Part shown: positions 20,377 through 30,517 of the stretch, piece by piece
Layout of the letters: the number at the start of each line of letters is the position of its first letter
Position numbering within the stretch: the stretch's first letter is position 1
DNA from: Clostridia bacterium
GTDB lineage: Bacteria; Bacillota; Clostridia; TANB77; CAG-465
DNA: 64,000 bases
Assembly: GCA_017549425.1 (NCBI GenBank)
Contig: JAFYUV010000016.1
Coordinates: 440-64,439, forward strand
Reading direction: 5' to 3'
Made by a program: the position numbers and the translations under genes
Notes under the pieces: model-generated
What the model was told of the DNA's origin: nothing
What the model saw: only the letters and a program-made list of their open reading frames with translations
Database searches by the model: none

Positions 20377-20981
20377 TTATTTCCGATATTCTGTAAATTT
20401 TATATCACTTGGTATTTCCATATCTTCATCTGTTACACAATTTATCTGCATATTTGTTATAAAAATTTCACCAGTTTCTCTATCTTCAGTAGCTTCCATA
20501 AGCTTTGTTTTAGGATTAAAATATAATACGCTTACCGTATTATATTTTTTGTGTTTAAAAGTAACTTTTATCCATCCTAGTTTATCAACAAACTCCATTG
20601 TATAATCATAAGTTCCCCAACGATTATAATATTCTGAAATATACTGCTTATATTTACTTTCTCCTAGTCCCGTCCCATAAGCTATTATTCCTTCTCTTGT
20701 GTTTATATTATAAACCCACGCATCCTCGTTATTAAAAACCAATACATAACCATTTTTTTCACATATTTATTTTTCTCACCTTTAGTGTACATGCTTTCAT
20801 ACCCATCTGCTTGAAACCAATCTACTGTTTTATAATTATCCAGGCCCATATTATACTGCAATATACTAAACAAATCATAATCTTCTATTTTAATTTCTCT
20901 ATTTCTACTTATATTAACTATTATTGCTATTGCTATTAATACAGCCGCACAAACAGCAATTGTAATTATCAATCTTTTCAT
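20377..20981 (-). pseudogene. Frameshifted paralog of 21030-21635 (signal-anchored, LolA-like-fold candidate)
   Basis: ORFs 20703-20981 and 20377-20742 join into one full-length paralog if one A is added to the A7 run (T7 at 20753-20759); near-identical 5' and 3' ends to the neighbour. Confidence 0.8.
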
Positions 20982-21029
20982 AAACTCTCCCCCGTTATTT
21001 TTAAATTTACATTAATTTAAATATTCCAA

Positions 21030-21635
21030 CTATTTTTTAACTTCTATAAACTCTATATCACTTGGTATTTCCATATCTTCATCTGTTACACAATTTATTT
21101 GAATTTCTGTTAATATTTTTTCTTCCCCGAGGTCAAAATACTCAATTAATAAAGTCTGTGGATTAAAATATATATTTGCTATCTCTTTAGTTTCCTTATG
21201 TTTAAATGTGACTTTTATCCAATCCGTTAATTTATCTTTTTGCATTGTATAATCTACTTTATTATTTTCAATATAAGAAAGAAAGTCTTCGCAAAGTGCC
21301 TGATAGCCTCCGACGCTGCTCTCAAAAGACATTTCACCTATTATACCTTCCCTTGATGTTGTATAATAAGACCATACCTGTTTGCCTTCAAATATTTTTA
21401 CAGTGTCTTTTCCTACGCACTTTAGTTTATTCTCTTTCTTGTATAAATCAATACAGCTTCCATTTCCATAGAAATCTCCTACTTTATAATTATCCAACCT
21501 TATATTATACTTTAATATTTCAACCAAATCATACTGTTCTATTTTAACTTCACTATTTCTACTTATATTAACTATTGCTGCCACTCCTATTAATACAGCC
21601 GCACAAACAGCAATTGTAATTATCAATCTTTTCAT
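21030..21635 (-). CDS. Signal-anchored hypothetical protein (LolA-like fold candidate)
   Basis: N-terminal TM anchor, beta-rich body, C-terminal INCVTDEDMEIPSDIEF. Confidence 0.7.
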   Translation of the reverse strand: MKRLIITIAVCAAVLIGVAAIVNISRNSEVKIEQYDLVEILKYNIRLDNYKVGDFYGNGSCIDLYKKENKLKCVGKDTVKIFEGKQVWSYYTTSREGIIGEMSFESSVGGYQALCEDFLSYIENNKVDYTMQKDKLTDWIKVTFKHKETKEIANIYFNPQTLLIEYFDLGEEKILTEIQINCVTDEDMEIPSDIEFIEVKK

Positions 21636-21799
21636 AAATACCCCCCTAATAAATTAAGTTAATTATATCTATAAAGTAATTAGAAGACAAGTAATTTTAA
21701 CCTTTTTCATTAATTTTAAAACAAATTATTGATTTTATGCAAATATTATGTTAAAATGTGATATGTAAAAATAATTATGCTTTTAAGGAGGGAAACAAA

Positions 21800-22036
21800 A
21801 TGCCAAACATTAAGTCAGCTATAAAAAGAGTTAAAGTAAGTGCATCTAATAATTCTGAAAATAAAATAGTAAAGAAAATGTATAGAGAAGCTGTTAAAGC
21901 TTTTGAAGCAAACCCAACAGAAGAACTATATAAAGCAGCTGTTAGTAGCGTAGATAAAGCTTGGTCTAAAGGTGTATTAAAAAGAAATACAGCAGACAGA
22001 AAAAAAGCAGCTCTTGCAAAATTACTTTCAAAATAA
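21800..22036 (+). CDS. rpsT: 30S ribosomal protein S20 (short, 78 aa)
   Basis: MPNIKSAIKRVK, DKAWSKGVLKRNTADRKK; GGAGG RBS before ATG 21800. Confidence 0.95.
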   Translation: MPNIKSAIKRVKVSASNNSENKIVKKMYREAVKAFEANPTEELYKAAVSSVDKAWSKGVLKRNTADRKKAALAKLLSK

Positions 22037-22070
22037 TTAAAAACAAAGCGAAGTAGATATTCTACTTCGC

Positions 22071-22940
22071 TTAATTTATTCCTGGCATTCCTTCTCTATA
22101 CTGTCCTCTTGTTTGTACTCCGCCAATTCCTTTTAACCCTTCCCTTGTATTAGATATTATTCCAGCTAAAGGTGCAAATTTATCTACCGGAGTATAAGCT
22201 ACCGTCTGAGCTACTATAATAGGGTCAAGCATGTCTATCAACACTCTTTTAGGTGCAGACGCAAAATTAGCTCCAGCAGAAATAATTGCTTCATAATATG
22301 ACTGGCAAGCCCCAGCAAATATAACTAAGTTATCTAAAGAATGTTCATAGCGTCTTGCTTCTAAAACAGATTCTATAAAATATCTTGAATTTTTGTAATT
22401 ATCTATATTGTACAAATCATTTTTCTTTCGTATAAATGCATCATGTCCTGTAATAACTAAAATATTAGGTCTAATTTTAGTAAGTAAATTATACACATGC
22501 CTTGGCTGCTCCGCCTCAGGTATATTATATACATGAGCAGTTAACCCCATCCTTTTATATACATCCTTACATTTTCTTGCGTATTCAACATCTCCATCTA
22601 TATGTAATACAACCCCTGGCTTTTTATATATACTATCTTTTGTATATATTGGGATTTGTTCATTTATATAATTTAAATTACTTCGTATATTAAAACGATT
22701 TTTTAAACCAGAATATGTTCTAGTTAATCTATCATTATTATTTTTTTCATTAAGGTTCATAATATTAGTTGCTTCTTCTTTAGAGATATATTTTAAATCA
22801 TAAATAGGAGCATCTGCTACTATTCTGACTGTTATTCCTATTAAATCAACAATTTCCCCTTTAATGTTAGTTATTCTAAATAAGACATCATAGTTGTAAG
22901 ACTTTCTGGCAACTATATCTCCTATTCTAAATTGTGTCAT
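22071..22940 (-). CDS. yabG: Sporulation peptidase YabG (U57)
   Basis: GDIVARKSYNYD, PGVVLHIDGD, LVITGHD, FAGACQS, GANFASAP. Confidence 0.95.
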   Translation of the reverse strand: MTQFRIGDIVARKSYNYDVLFRITNIKGEIVDLIGITVRIVADAPIYDLKYISKEEATNIMNLNEKNNNDRLTRTYSGLKNRFNIRSNLNYINEQIPIYTKDSIYKKPGVVLHIDGDVEYARKCKDVYKRMGLTAHVYNIPEAEQPRHVYNLLTKIRPNILVITGHDAFIRKKNDLYNIDNYKNSRYFIESVLEARRYEHSLDNLVIFAGACQSYYEAIISAGANFASAPKRVLIDMLDPIIVAQTVAYTPVDKFAPLAGIISNTREGLKGIGGVQTRGQYREGMPGIN

Positions 22941-22958
22941 CAAAATCACCTCATATGT

Positions 22959-22986
22959 TATCTTATGATAAAACAATTTAGTTTGT
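22959..22986 (-). promoter_or_regulatory. Sigma-K-type promoter of yabG
   Basis: ACA-N16-CATA-aga-TA on the minus strand; yabG is a known sigK gene in Bacillus. Confidence 0.6.
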
Positions 22987-23041
22987 TAATTGTCATTTAA
23001 TGATAAAAAGCAACCGGCTTTTAAGCCGGCTGCTTTTTTGT

Positions 23042-23482
23042 TTAATCTTTGTGCAGTATTGCACCACAAGATGAGCAGAAGTTTTCTGAAGTTTCAAATT
23101 TTCTTCCACATTTGGAACAAAATACGAAATGTTCTTCACCTTCTGTCTGCTTTTCGCAGTCGCATTCACAAGTTGAGCACTCTTCTTCAGGATAAAGCAG
23201 TTCAAGTTTTTCTTCAAGTTCTGCAATGCACGCACTGTTTTCTTCTATCATTTCTTCGATTTCGCTCTTATGTTCTTCGTCGAAATTTCCCAAATATACA
23301 AGCTTGCCATATTCAGCAAACAGTGTATCCTTCATTTCCAAAGCTTCATGAAGAGATGACTTTATCTTAATCTCTTCAAGTCTTTTTGATGTAGCCTCTT
23401 TTGCTGCATCAAATTTTTCACAAGCAAAATCTGCTGCCTGCTCGGCAATTTTTGCCGCCCGTTCAAAGAAATCACTTTTCAT
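23042..23482 (-). CDS. Coiled-coil protein with C-terminal zinc ribbon
   Basis: CSKCG..FCSSCG; start refined to MKSDFF behind GGAGG. Confidence 0.75.
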   Translation of the reverse strand: MKSDFFERAAKIAEQAADFACEKFDAAKEATSKRLEEIKIKSSLHEALEMKDTLFAEYGKLVYLGNFDEEHKSEIEEMIEENSACIAELEEKLELLYPEEECSTCECDCEKQTEGEEHFVFCSKCGRKFETSENFCSSCGAILHKD

Positions 23483-23561
23483 AAAAACCTCCAAAAATTT
23501 AATTAAATTTGAATTTGAGTTATAACCTCATTATTAATTATAACATGTTTAACTGGACTTA

Positions 23562-26500
23562 TCAAGTTTTGGTATAGACGTAGCATTCCTTTTCATTAAC
23601 TATTATAAATTTATTGGCGTCTCTTAAAACAGCAGATTGCGTATTTACCGCTTCACACAAAATCGAAGCCTTCAGCTTGGTATTAATGTTATAATGGCAA
23701 ATTTCTCCATCTTTAACATAATATATAACATTTCCATAAAAGCACCAGTTTTTACTTATCTTATCTGAGATTTGCAATTTCTCATATGTTTTGTCGTCTT
23801 TTATAACTATAACTTCAGCATGCTCATTTTTGTTAAATAGAACAATCCATTTATTAGATAATTTATCATACTCAACATCTACCTTGGTAAACTCAAAAGA
23901 ATTACAAGAATAAAAAAGTGTTGAATTGCAATAAATTTCAAAAGAATGGGTGTCTTTATTTTCAATAACAAAAACAAATTTCCTGTTATTTGAAACGCCA
24001 ACTGCAAGTATATGACTTTGAGCAGGGAAATCTTTTACTATATGAGTTGTTGGAGTTTCTTCAGTTTCAGATAAGCTATCTACAAACAATGTTGTCCTAC
24101 CGTTACCCAAATAATATATATTGTTGTCACAAATACACTGTATACCCATGGGTATCCTTGTTGTTATGAATTTTTTCTCCGTTTTTCTATCAATTAAACA
24201 TAAGGAGTGATTTCCATAAACAACACAGCTCTCTGGAGTAAAATATCCATAAAGATGTCCTTCTAACAAATTGATTATGGGATGTTCTTTGTATTGTACA
24301 AAATTGTCCACATCTACATAAATATCTTCATATAAAGAAAATTTAACTTCGTTTTTTGTCTCTACTTTAGAGAAAGTAAGTCCGCCCTTATACATAGATG
24401 TACTATATTTATGCAAGACCTCAAACATACTCTCTCTTTTTGTTCCTTCAAAAGTATCCAAAAAGAAATTAAGCATGTAATCCGGCATAAAATCCCAACC
24501 TTTAGTTATAACAGGCGGTTTTATTCTATGAGCTCCAAGCACGGAACAGCCTTTTTTCATTCTTTCAATTTCATCTTGAGGTACATCTCTTTTGGTAGAT
24601 ATTCCCCTAAAAGGATGCGAATGAGTCAAATAATAAAAAGCTTGTACCGCTAGCGAGTACCAATCATCAGCCGCAGTAATATTATTCTGCTCTGCTGATG
24701 GAGGATATATATATAAATTAGTAAATACACAGTTTTTCACTTCATCAAAACTCATACCATCAAAATCTATAAAATATACCGTGTCCTCTTTAATTAGTAT
24801 ATTCCCGCCGTTCAAATCTCCTATAAACCCGCCTAAAGAATGTATAAATTCAATTCCTTTACAAATTTTTTGCAATATTTCAATTACATGTTTGTGAGAT
24901 ATGTTATTTGTGTTAACAAACTCCTTATCTTTTAAACAAGAAATTTTATATGCTCCTTGAATTTGGTTTTGCGTATAACCCTTAAGCTCTACACAGCCCT
25001 TATTTTCTTCATAAAGAATTGAATCTATCATTACAAATTGTATTGAAGGATTCTCTTCGTTAAACTTCTTGAACTTCTTTTCTCGATTTAAAACCTTACC
25101 TATAATTTTAGATTTTAGCTCTAAATTCACACAAGGTTTAAAAATCTTTTGTATCTTTGTGCCAGATTTAAAATCATATAGATTTGCTTCGCCACCATCA
25201 AACTTAGGTGTCACACTTTGCAACTTTTCAAAATATTTTGACGTTTCTACTATTGTTCTAGGCTTACTTATTCCATTTTGTCTACATTCGTAACAGATAC
25301 AATCTTTATCTGAAAAGTATAAATTGTGTGTCTTACAATATCTATTATTCAAATTGATATACTCTTTAATTTCCTCAGTAGCAAAATCAAGTTTTAAAAA
25401 TTTTTCTACTGCTTTTGTTATAGTAGAATCTTTTTTACCATATTCATGTAAGAACAATTCATCTTTAAGAATATAGTTTACAAGGAAGTTTGCAAAAGCT
25501 TTCTTTGTATTTAATATTTTTAAATCTTTTAATTGCTGACTATTTGAAATTATAGCATCTGTTTCCAATAAAAATATATTAGGAAATAAGATTTCTCCCT
25601 TGAAGTCTTTATGCATAAAACTTGTCGTAAATATTCTTATGTCCTCACACAAAAACGTTCCCTGCTCAATTAAAGGCAATATATAATTGATAAAAGTCAA
25701 AACTACCTTGAGTCTCTGATTAGTAGAAAATGCGTCGAGATTTATTACTTTAGAATAATCAATTCGTTTTTGCAAAAAACCTATAGGTTTAATGGTTCCA
25801 TTGTCGCAGCTTACTGCTATTTTTGAAATTCCTAAGTTTTCAACAGGAGATATAGAAGCATATAAGTTGTTAATGAGTCCCGTCTTTACCAGTCGTTCAT
25901 ATTTGTTCATTGACTTTTTGCTAACAGTTCTAATGTAATAATACGAACTTCTAAAAAACTTGCACGTTCTTGATACTTTATCTTGGTAAACAATAGGTGC
26001 TGTTGTGTCTATACTACCAATATAATAAATTTTTGAACATTCAGGACAAAGTTCACCTTGAAAATGCCAACGCTTATGCTCTTCACACAAACTAAGCTTG
26101 TCTACAAGTTTGTTGAACTCTATTATTGTTTCAGCATAATACTCTCTTTCACAAGCGCCAAAGCCTTCACTATACTCCAACAAATCAAATGCTTGTATGC
26201 TATTAACACACTTTTCTTTTATTTCTTCTATAATCTTGTTATATAAAGAAGCAAAACTATACCTATAATTCTTTATAGTCAAATTAGCTTTAGGGTTAAA
26301 AATTGTAACCTCTAGTTTTGAATCAACAAAAACATTATCCAACGGTTCATAACCGCAACTACACTTATAATACGCCATAAGTTTTACAATTACTTGGTAA
26401 AGCTGCTTGGTGTCAATTGCCTTTTCCTTTACTAATTGCAAAAAACTATATAGCGGCACATTTTTATTCCATATTACTCCCAAAATGTCATAATTGTTAC

Positions 26501-28238
26501 TAACAATTCTAGAATTGGATATAATAATTTTTTCTGGAATTAAATATAAGTTTTCTAAAGCACTGTCTACTTGAACAAACTTTGAAATAAAAGGTTTTAA
26601 CTTTTTAGCCCTATCCTCAAAAGAGAACGAAGACGGTTGAACATTTGAGTTTGGCCAATTTGGTAAACTAGATATTCTATTTTTTATAGCATGTATTTTG
26701 TTCCCTATTTCACTTTTTTCTAATTCCTTAAACAAACAAATTTTGCTAAGAGTTGCTTCGTCACTTATGTTTTCTAAGAATTCTATTTTATTTGATAAAT
26801 TAAAATCCTTAAAATTTTCTATTCTAGAATCTAAATCCGCTAAATTATATTGTTTAGACTGGCAAATAGAAATAACTTTTTGACCTAAAGAATACGGCAA
26901 TATTTTCATGAAGTCCATTTTATACAAGTCTTGTATGCTATAGCCAATAATCTCTCTATAATAATCAATAAACCTTATTATTATATGAGATATTGTTATT
27001 TTGCTATAGCCTTGCATTGGTTTAAAAGAAATATTTCTTATTTCGTTAATACTTCCGTTTACTTCATTTATATTGGTATCCATATAGGTAAAGAGCTCAA
27101 GTATATTTGCATTATCTGCAAAATAGATATCTTTTAACCAACTATACTTGTAATGTAAAATAGTTACTAAATCAGAAATTCTCTTTCCTATGCTTATAGT
27201 CTGTTGTTTTACATCCTGCTCAATAAAACTTTTAAGAGAACTGAAAGTTACCCCTTCTTCATCTACCACCAAATAATGCTTAGTATCATCTAAAGATGTT
27301 AACACCTTGACATTAAAGAACTCAAGATAAGTATTATTTTTTCTTAAAATCTTTACTGTTTCAAAATTCTTTAGTTTATACACTTTATAGCCAGCATTGT
27401 GATTATCTTCATAAATTACAAATTCATCCGTTTCTTCATGGTAAGTAAGTGTTTTAACAAAATCATCTTCATCAACCAAAGGCTCTTCATATGCTCCAAA
27501 TAGATGATATTCTGCTTTTAAAAATTCTTGAATATTTTCAAAAGTTTCAGGGAATTTCTTAAAGACTATTGCTTTTAAAACTATCTCTTTTTCTGCATTG
27601 GTTAAATGCAAATCAGGTACTTCCAACGCTCCCCTATTTAATAGTTTTTGTGTAGAATAACCAAGCGCCTTATCCACATCACTATATCTATTCCTAAAAA
27701 AGCTTATAGCAATTGAAATATCATTTGGGTCTGGCACATAATTGTACGGTCTTAAGGAAGATATTACCGAAAATTTATAATCTTCACCATCTGAAAAATT
27801 AGAAAATAACGTTGAATAGTTTAAGCTTAATCCTTCCAGTTTTAAATTAACAGGAATCTTACATCCATAGATAAGTTTATCTCCGAAATGATTATGCCGG
27901 GTACACTTACAAATGACATAAGATATGTACTTATCTTTCTTTCTCTTAATGAAACGAAATTCAGCTAAGCAATTATCTAAACCAAGTCCAGATAAACTCT
28001 GTTCATCAGAATACTTATATAGCAAGCTTGCTAAGACCTCGTCTTTTATATAGAAAATATCGTAGTAGTCAAAATCATAATAATACTTTCTCACAACATC
28101 TACATATTTAGAACTTACTGTATACGAATCTAATTGAGATAAACATTTATAATGGCCTTTTCTTAGTTCAATTATGTAATTGTATTCATTAAAGACCTTA
28201 CTTATTATGTCTTTTATGCTATACCGTTTAAAAAACAT
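23562..28238 (-). CDS. 1558-aa multidomain Ser/Thr kinase (TerY-P-like kinase with degenerate kinase repeats, zinc knuckles and beta-rich C-terminus)
   Basis: aa ~1012-1280: DGGEANLY, KIFK, HSLGGFIGDLNGGNILI, FIDFDGM, DDWYSLAV, HPFRG; CxxH-x9/10-CxxC at aa 718-734 and 968-985. Confidence 0.85.
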   Translation of the reverse strand: MFFKRYSIKDIISKVFNEYNYIIELRKGHYKCLSQLDSYTVSSKYVDVVRKYYYDFDYYDIFYIKDEVLASLLYKYSDEQSLSGLGLDNCLAEFRFIKRKKDKYISYVICKCTRHNHFGDKLIYGCKIPVNLKLEGLSLNYSTLFSNFSDGEDYKFSVISSLRPYNYVPDPNDISIAISFFRNRYSDVDKALGYSTQKLLNRGALEVPDLHLTNAEKEIVLKAIVFKKFPETFENIQEFLKAEYHLFGAYEEPLVDEDDFVKTLTYHEETDEFVIYEDNHNAGYKVYKLKNFETVKILRKNNTYLEFFNVKVLTSLDDTKHYLVVDEEGVTFSSLKSFIEQDVKQQTISIGKRISDLVTILHYKYSWLKDIYFADNANILELFTYMDTNINEVNGSINEIRNISFKPMQGYSKITISHIIIRFIDYYREIIGYSIQDLYKMDFMKILPYSLGQKVISICQSKQYNLADLDSRIENFKDFNLSNKIEFLENISDEATLSKICLFKELEKSEIGNKIHAIKNRISSLPNWPNSNVQPSSFSFEDRAKKLKPFISKFVQVDSALENLYLIPEKIIISNSRIVSNNYDILGVIWNKNVPLYSFLQLVKEKAIDTKQLYQVIVKLMAYYKCSCGYEPLDNVFVDSKLEVTIFNPKANLTIKNYRYSFASLYNKIIEEIKEKCVNSIQAFDLLEYSEGFGACEREYYAETIIEFNKLVDKLSLCEEHKRWHFQGELCPECSKIYYIGSIDTTAPIVYQDKVSRTCKFFRSSYYYIRTVSKKSMNKYERLVKTGLINNLYASISPVENLGISKIAVSCDNGTIKPIGFLQKRIDYSKVINLDAFSTNQRLKVVLTFINYILPLIEQGTFLCEDIRIFTTSFMHKDFKGEILFPNIFLLETDAIISNSQQLKDLKILNTKKAFANFLVNYILKDELFLHEYGKKDSTITKAVEKFLKLDFATEEIKEYINLNNRYCKTHNLYFSDKDCICYECRQNGISKPRTIVETSKYFEKLQSVTPKFDGGEANLYDFKSGTKIQKIFKPCVNLELKSKIIGKVLNREKKFKKFNEENPSIQFVMIDSILYEENKGCVELKGYTQNQIQGAYKISCLKDKEFVNTNNISHKHVIEILQKICKGIEFIHSLGGFIGDLNGGNILIKEDTVYFIDFDGMSFDEVKNCVFTNLYIYPPSAEQNNITAADDWYSLAVQAFYYLTHSHPFRGISTKRDVPQDEIERMKKGCSVLGAHRIKPPVITKGWDFMPDYMLNFFLDTFEGTKRESMFEVLHKYSTSMYKGGLTFSKVETKNEVKFSLYEDIYVDVDNFVQYKEHPIINLLEGHLYGYFTPESCVVYGNHSLCLIDRKTEKKFITTRIPMGIQCICDNNIYYLGNGRTTLFVDSLSETEETPTTHIVKDFPAQSHILAVGVSNNRKFVFVIENKDTHSFEIYCNSTLFYSCNSFEFTKVDVEYDKLSNKWIVLFNKNEHAEVIVIKDDKTYEKLQISDKISKNWCFYGNVIYYVKDGEICHYNINTKLKASILCEAVNTQSAVLRDANKFIIVNEKECYVYTKT

Positions 28239-28249
28239 TTTTCCTCCTT

Positions 28250-28278
28250 TTTAGGAGGAGAGCAACTCTCCTCCTAAA
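28250..28278. promoter_or_regulatory. 13-bp hairpin immediately upstream of the kinase Shine-Dalgarno
   Basis: TTTAGGAGGAGAG-CAA-CTCTCCTCCTAAA; real SD at 28243-28248. Confidence 0.6.
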
Positions 28279-28289
28279 CCAAAGTTTTT

Positions 28290-29000
28290 TTATACGTTAA
28301 AAAAGTCATCATCAAACAGAACTTGTTCTATTTTAGAATCAGTTGCAGTTTCTGCCACGTTAGAGAAAAACTGTGATTTTAAAGAATAAGCACTCTTTGA
28401 CTGTTCTTTACAACTTTTAGAAAGCTCTGTTCCAAGGCAAGAAACAAGTTCGCGAACAGTTGTAATATTTCTAATACAACTAAATCCCAGTTTAGAACCA
28501 ATCTCCGAATTTATTGCCTCATCAAAAGCAACAAATACTGTTGTGGCATCTAGTAAATTAAGACTTTTTACCGTCTCTCTTGCTTCGTTGCGCTTTCTTG
28601 TCGATTCTTCACTATCTTCGCCATCGCTAAATACCAGATAGGTAATTCTAGGTCTAATATTTAGCCTCTTAACAATTTCATTATAATAATATTTTGTGTT
28701 ATTAGCAGAATGTGTAATAGCCTCATAGAGTCTTGTTCCGCCATTAGCATAATATCCCGTATCAAAATCTTTGACACTTTTAAACGAAGTCATTTCAATA
28801 TAGTTATTGAACAACACTTTTGAAATAGCTATAGAGCCCTTTTCTTCAAACTTCGAAAAATCGTTGTAAAAAGCTATATTCGCTTCTTTCATCGCGTTCA
28901 CATGATTACCCATTGACCCTGAATAATCATATACCAACACAATTATATTAATGTTGTCGGTAGAAAAATTATACTTACACTCTCTTATATCAAAAGACAT
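28290..29000 (-). CDS. vWA-domain protein, TerY-like
   Basis: Intact MIDAS: VYDYSGSM, GGTRLYEAI, VFSDGED. Confidence 0.9.
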   Translation of the reverse strand: MSFDIRECKYNFSTDNINIIVLVYDYSGSMGNHVNAMKEANIAFYNDFSKFEEKGSIAISKVLFNNYIEMTSFKSVKDFDTGYYANGGTRLYEAITHSANNTKYYYNEIVKRLNIRPRITYLVFSDGEDSEESTRKRNEARETVKSLNLLDATTVFVAFDEAINSEIGSKLGFSCIRNITTVRELVSCLGTELSKSCKEQSKSAYSLKSQFFSNVAETATDSKIEQVLFDDDFFNV

Positions 29001-29015
29001 AATGCTTCTCCTTAT

Positions 29016-30503
29016 TTAAAGTATTTTTATTGTGTTTAAGTTTGATTCTAAACCTGTAAATCCTTTTATATACGAGTAATTCAAATAAATTTCCACGCCT
29101 ATAATTTTAAAATCTAGAGATAAACCTTGAAGTGTTTTTGAAATATTGTTTAGTTCTTTTAAATTACTTCTGACTAACAAACAATATTTTTGGTTCTTTC
29201 CTATAGAGTGTTCCAACAATTTATGCTTTTTAACCGCAATGTATGAAGTACTGTATTCTGGATACTCTCGTTCCATTTTCATGAATTTTTTGGGTACGGA
29301 TGAAAAAATAGTATCACTAGCCATTTGTATAATATCTTCTGAAAGTTCAAAAATTTTACTAAAAAAGTAAAAATCTCTCCAAGAAATATTATGCTTAAAA
29401 GAGCTAATTACTTTATGTAAAACTTTAGCTTTATCACTATTTATCATACTTAAAATGGTTATTGCTATATTTTTTACATCACACGATATATTTTCTTGTA
29501 TACCATTATCAAAATCAGAAGGAACACAAAGTTCAAATTTTATATTATGAGCTTTTGCTATGCTAATAACTGTTCTCTCAAACACTATTAACTGTTCAAA
29601 GAACTCATAATTATCTGTACTTTTCATATTATTTTGCAACTTACTTTGAAATTCTTGGCTTTTACTAAGCAAAATGTCATACGAACTATCACTAGATAAT
29701 TTTTGTTGTATAAAAATTTGAAAAAGCTCCAAATCTTCTATAAAAAATTGAAACATAAGCTTGTCATAGGAATCATCTTGAAAAAAAGTATATACTTTAG
29801 ATACACTAGCCTTGTAATCACAAAGATTTTGTACTTCATTATTTAAACAACGAAGCGTTGATTTAAATATAATGTAATCACAATATACAACGTAATTTAA
29901 AAGTTGTTCTCTAAGTCTTGAATCGTTTTTAAAGAAAAACATATTTTTAACTTGAAACAAGTTTTTCTCTAGCGAGTCTAATGCATTATGCAAAGATTCA
30001 TAAATTTCATACTCTTTGTCCGCATTAAGTATTACATTATAAAATACATTAAGCTTTTTACAAAGTTTCAAAAGCTTTTCCCTGCTTGTTTCGTAATTTA
30101 CTGTAAATTCTATAAAATTACGAATCTCATCTTCAAGTTTTGCGATTCTCACATACCTGTCGCACTCACTTTCAGGGTCAATTGCAAAAACAAGATTCCC
30201 TACCTTCCCCTGATTAAACTCCTTCAACTCTTCATCATATTCTTGACGTTCTTTGAGAATAAGTCGCAAAAAGTTGTTATATTCTTCTGGATAATTTAAA
30301 GAAAAAATCTTTATATATTGTTCAAGATATTCAAGTTTTTCAAAAATCTGATTCCTGAAAACATATTTTTCGTCAATTTCTATATCTTCTATGTCCAAGG
30401 AATTAATTTCTGTTTTACTTTCCTCTTGTTCTTTAACTTCTTTTTTTTCTTTAAGTTTAAACAACTTTTTGAACAATTCCTTAAGATAATTTATAATTGT
30501 CAT
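29016..30503 (-). CDS. Hypothetical helical protein (495 aa)
   Basis: Long ORF tightly packed in the operon; amphipathic N-terminus MTIINYLKELFKKLFK; no family recognised. Confidence 0.75.
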   Translation of the reverse strand: MTIINYLKELFKKLFKLKEKKEVKEQEESKTEINSLDIEDIEIDEKYVFRNQIFEKLEYLEQYIKIFSLNYPEEYNNFLRLILKERQEYDEELKEFNQGKVGNLVFAIDPESECDRYVRIAKLEDEIRNFIEFTVNYETSREKLLKLCKKLNVFYNVILNADKEYEIYESLHNALDSLEKNLFQVKNMFFFKNDSRLREQLLNYVVYCDYIIFKSTLRCLNNEVQNLCDYKASVSKVYTFFQDDSYDKLMFQFFIEDLELFQIFIQQKLSSDSSYDILLSKSQEFQSKLQNNMKSTDNYEFFEQLIVFERTVISIAKAHNIKFELCVPSDFDNGIQENISCDVKNIAITILSMINSDKAKVLHKVISSFKHNISWRDFYFFSKIFELSEDIIQMASDTIFSSVPKKFMKMEREYPEYSTSYIAVKKHKLLEHSIGKNQKYCLLVRSNLKELNNISKTLQGLSLDFKIIGVEIYLNYSYIKGFTGLESNLNTIKIL

Positions 30504-30517
30504 AAGGTTACTCCTTC

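Noticed and set aside
20745-20765. Programmed -1 ribosomal frameshift
   Set aside because: G_AAA_AAA_ATG is not a canonical in-frame slippery heptamer, no stimulatory structure is evident, and A7 is short for transcriptional slippage.
21641-21646. C6/G6 run as a phase-variable tract
   Set aside because: It coincides with the Shine-Dalgarno of 21030-21635 (AGGGGGG), which is sufficient explanation.
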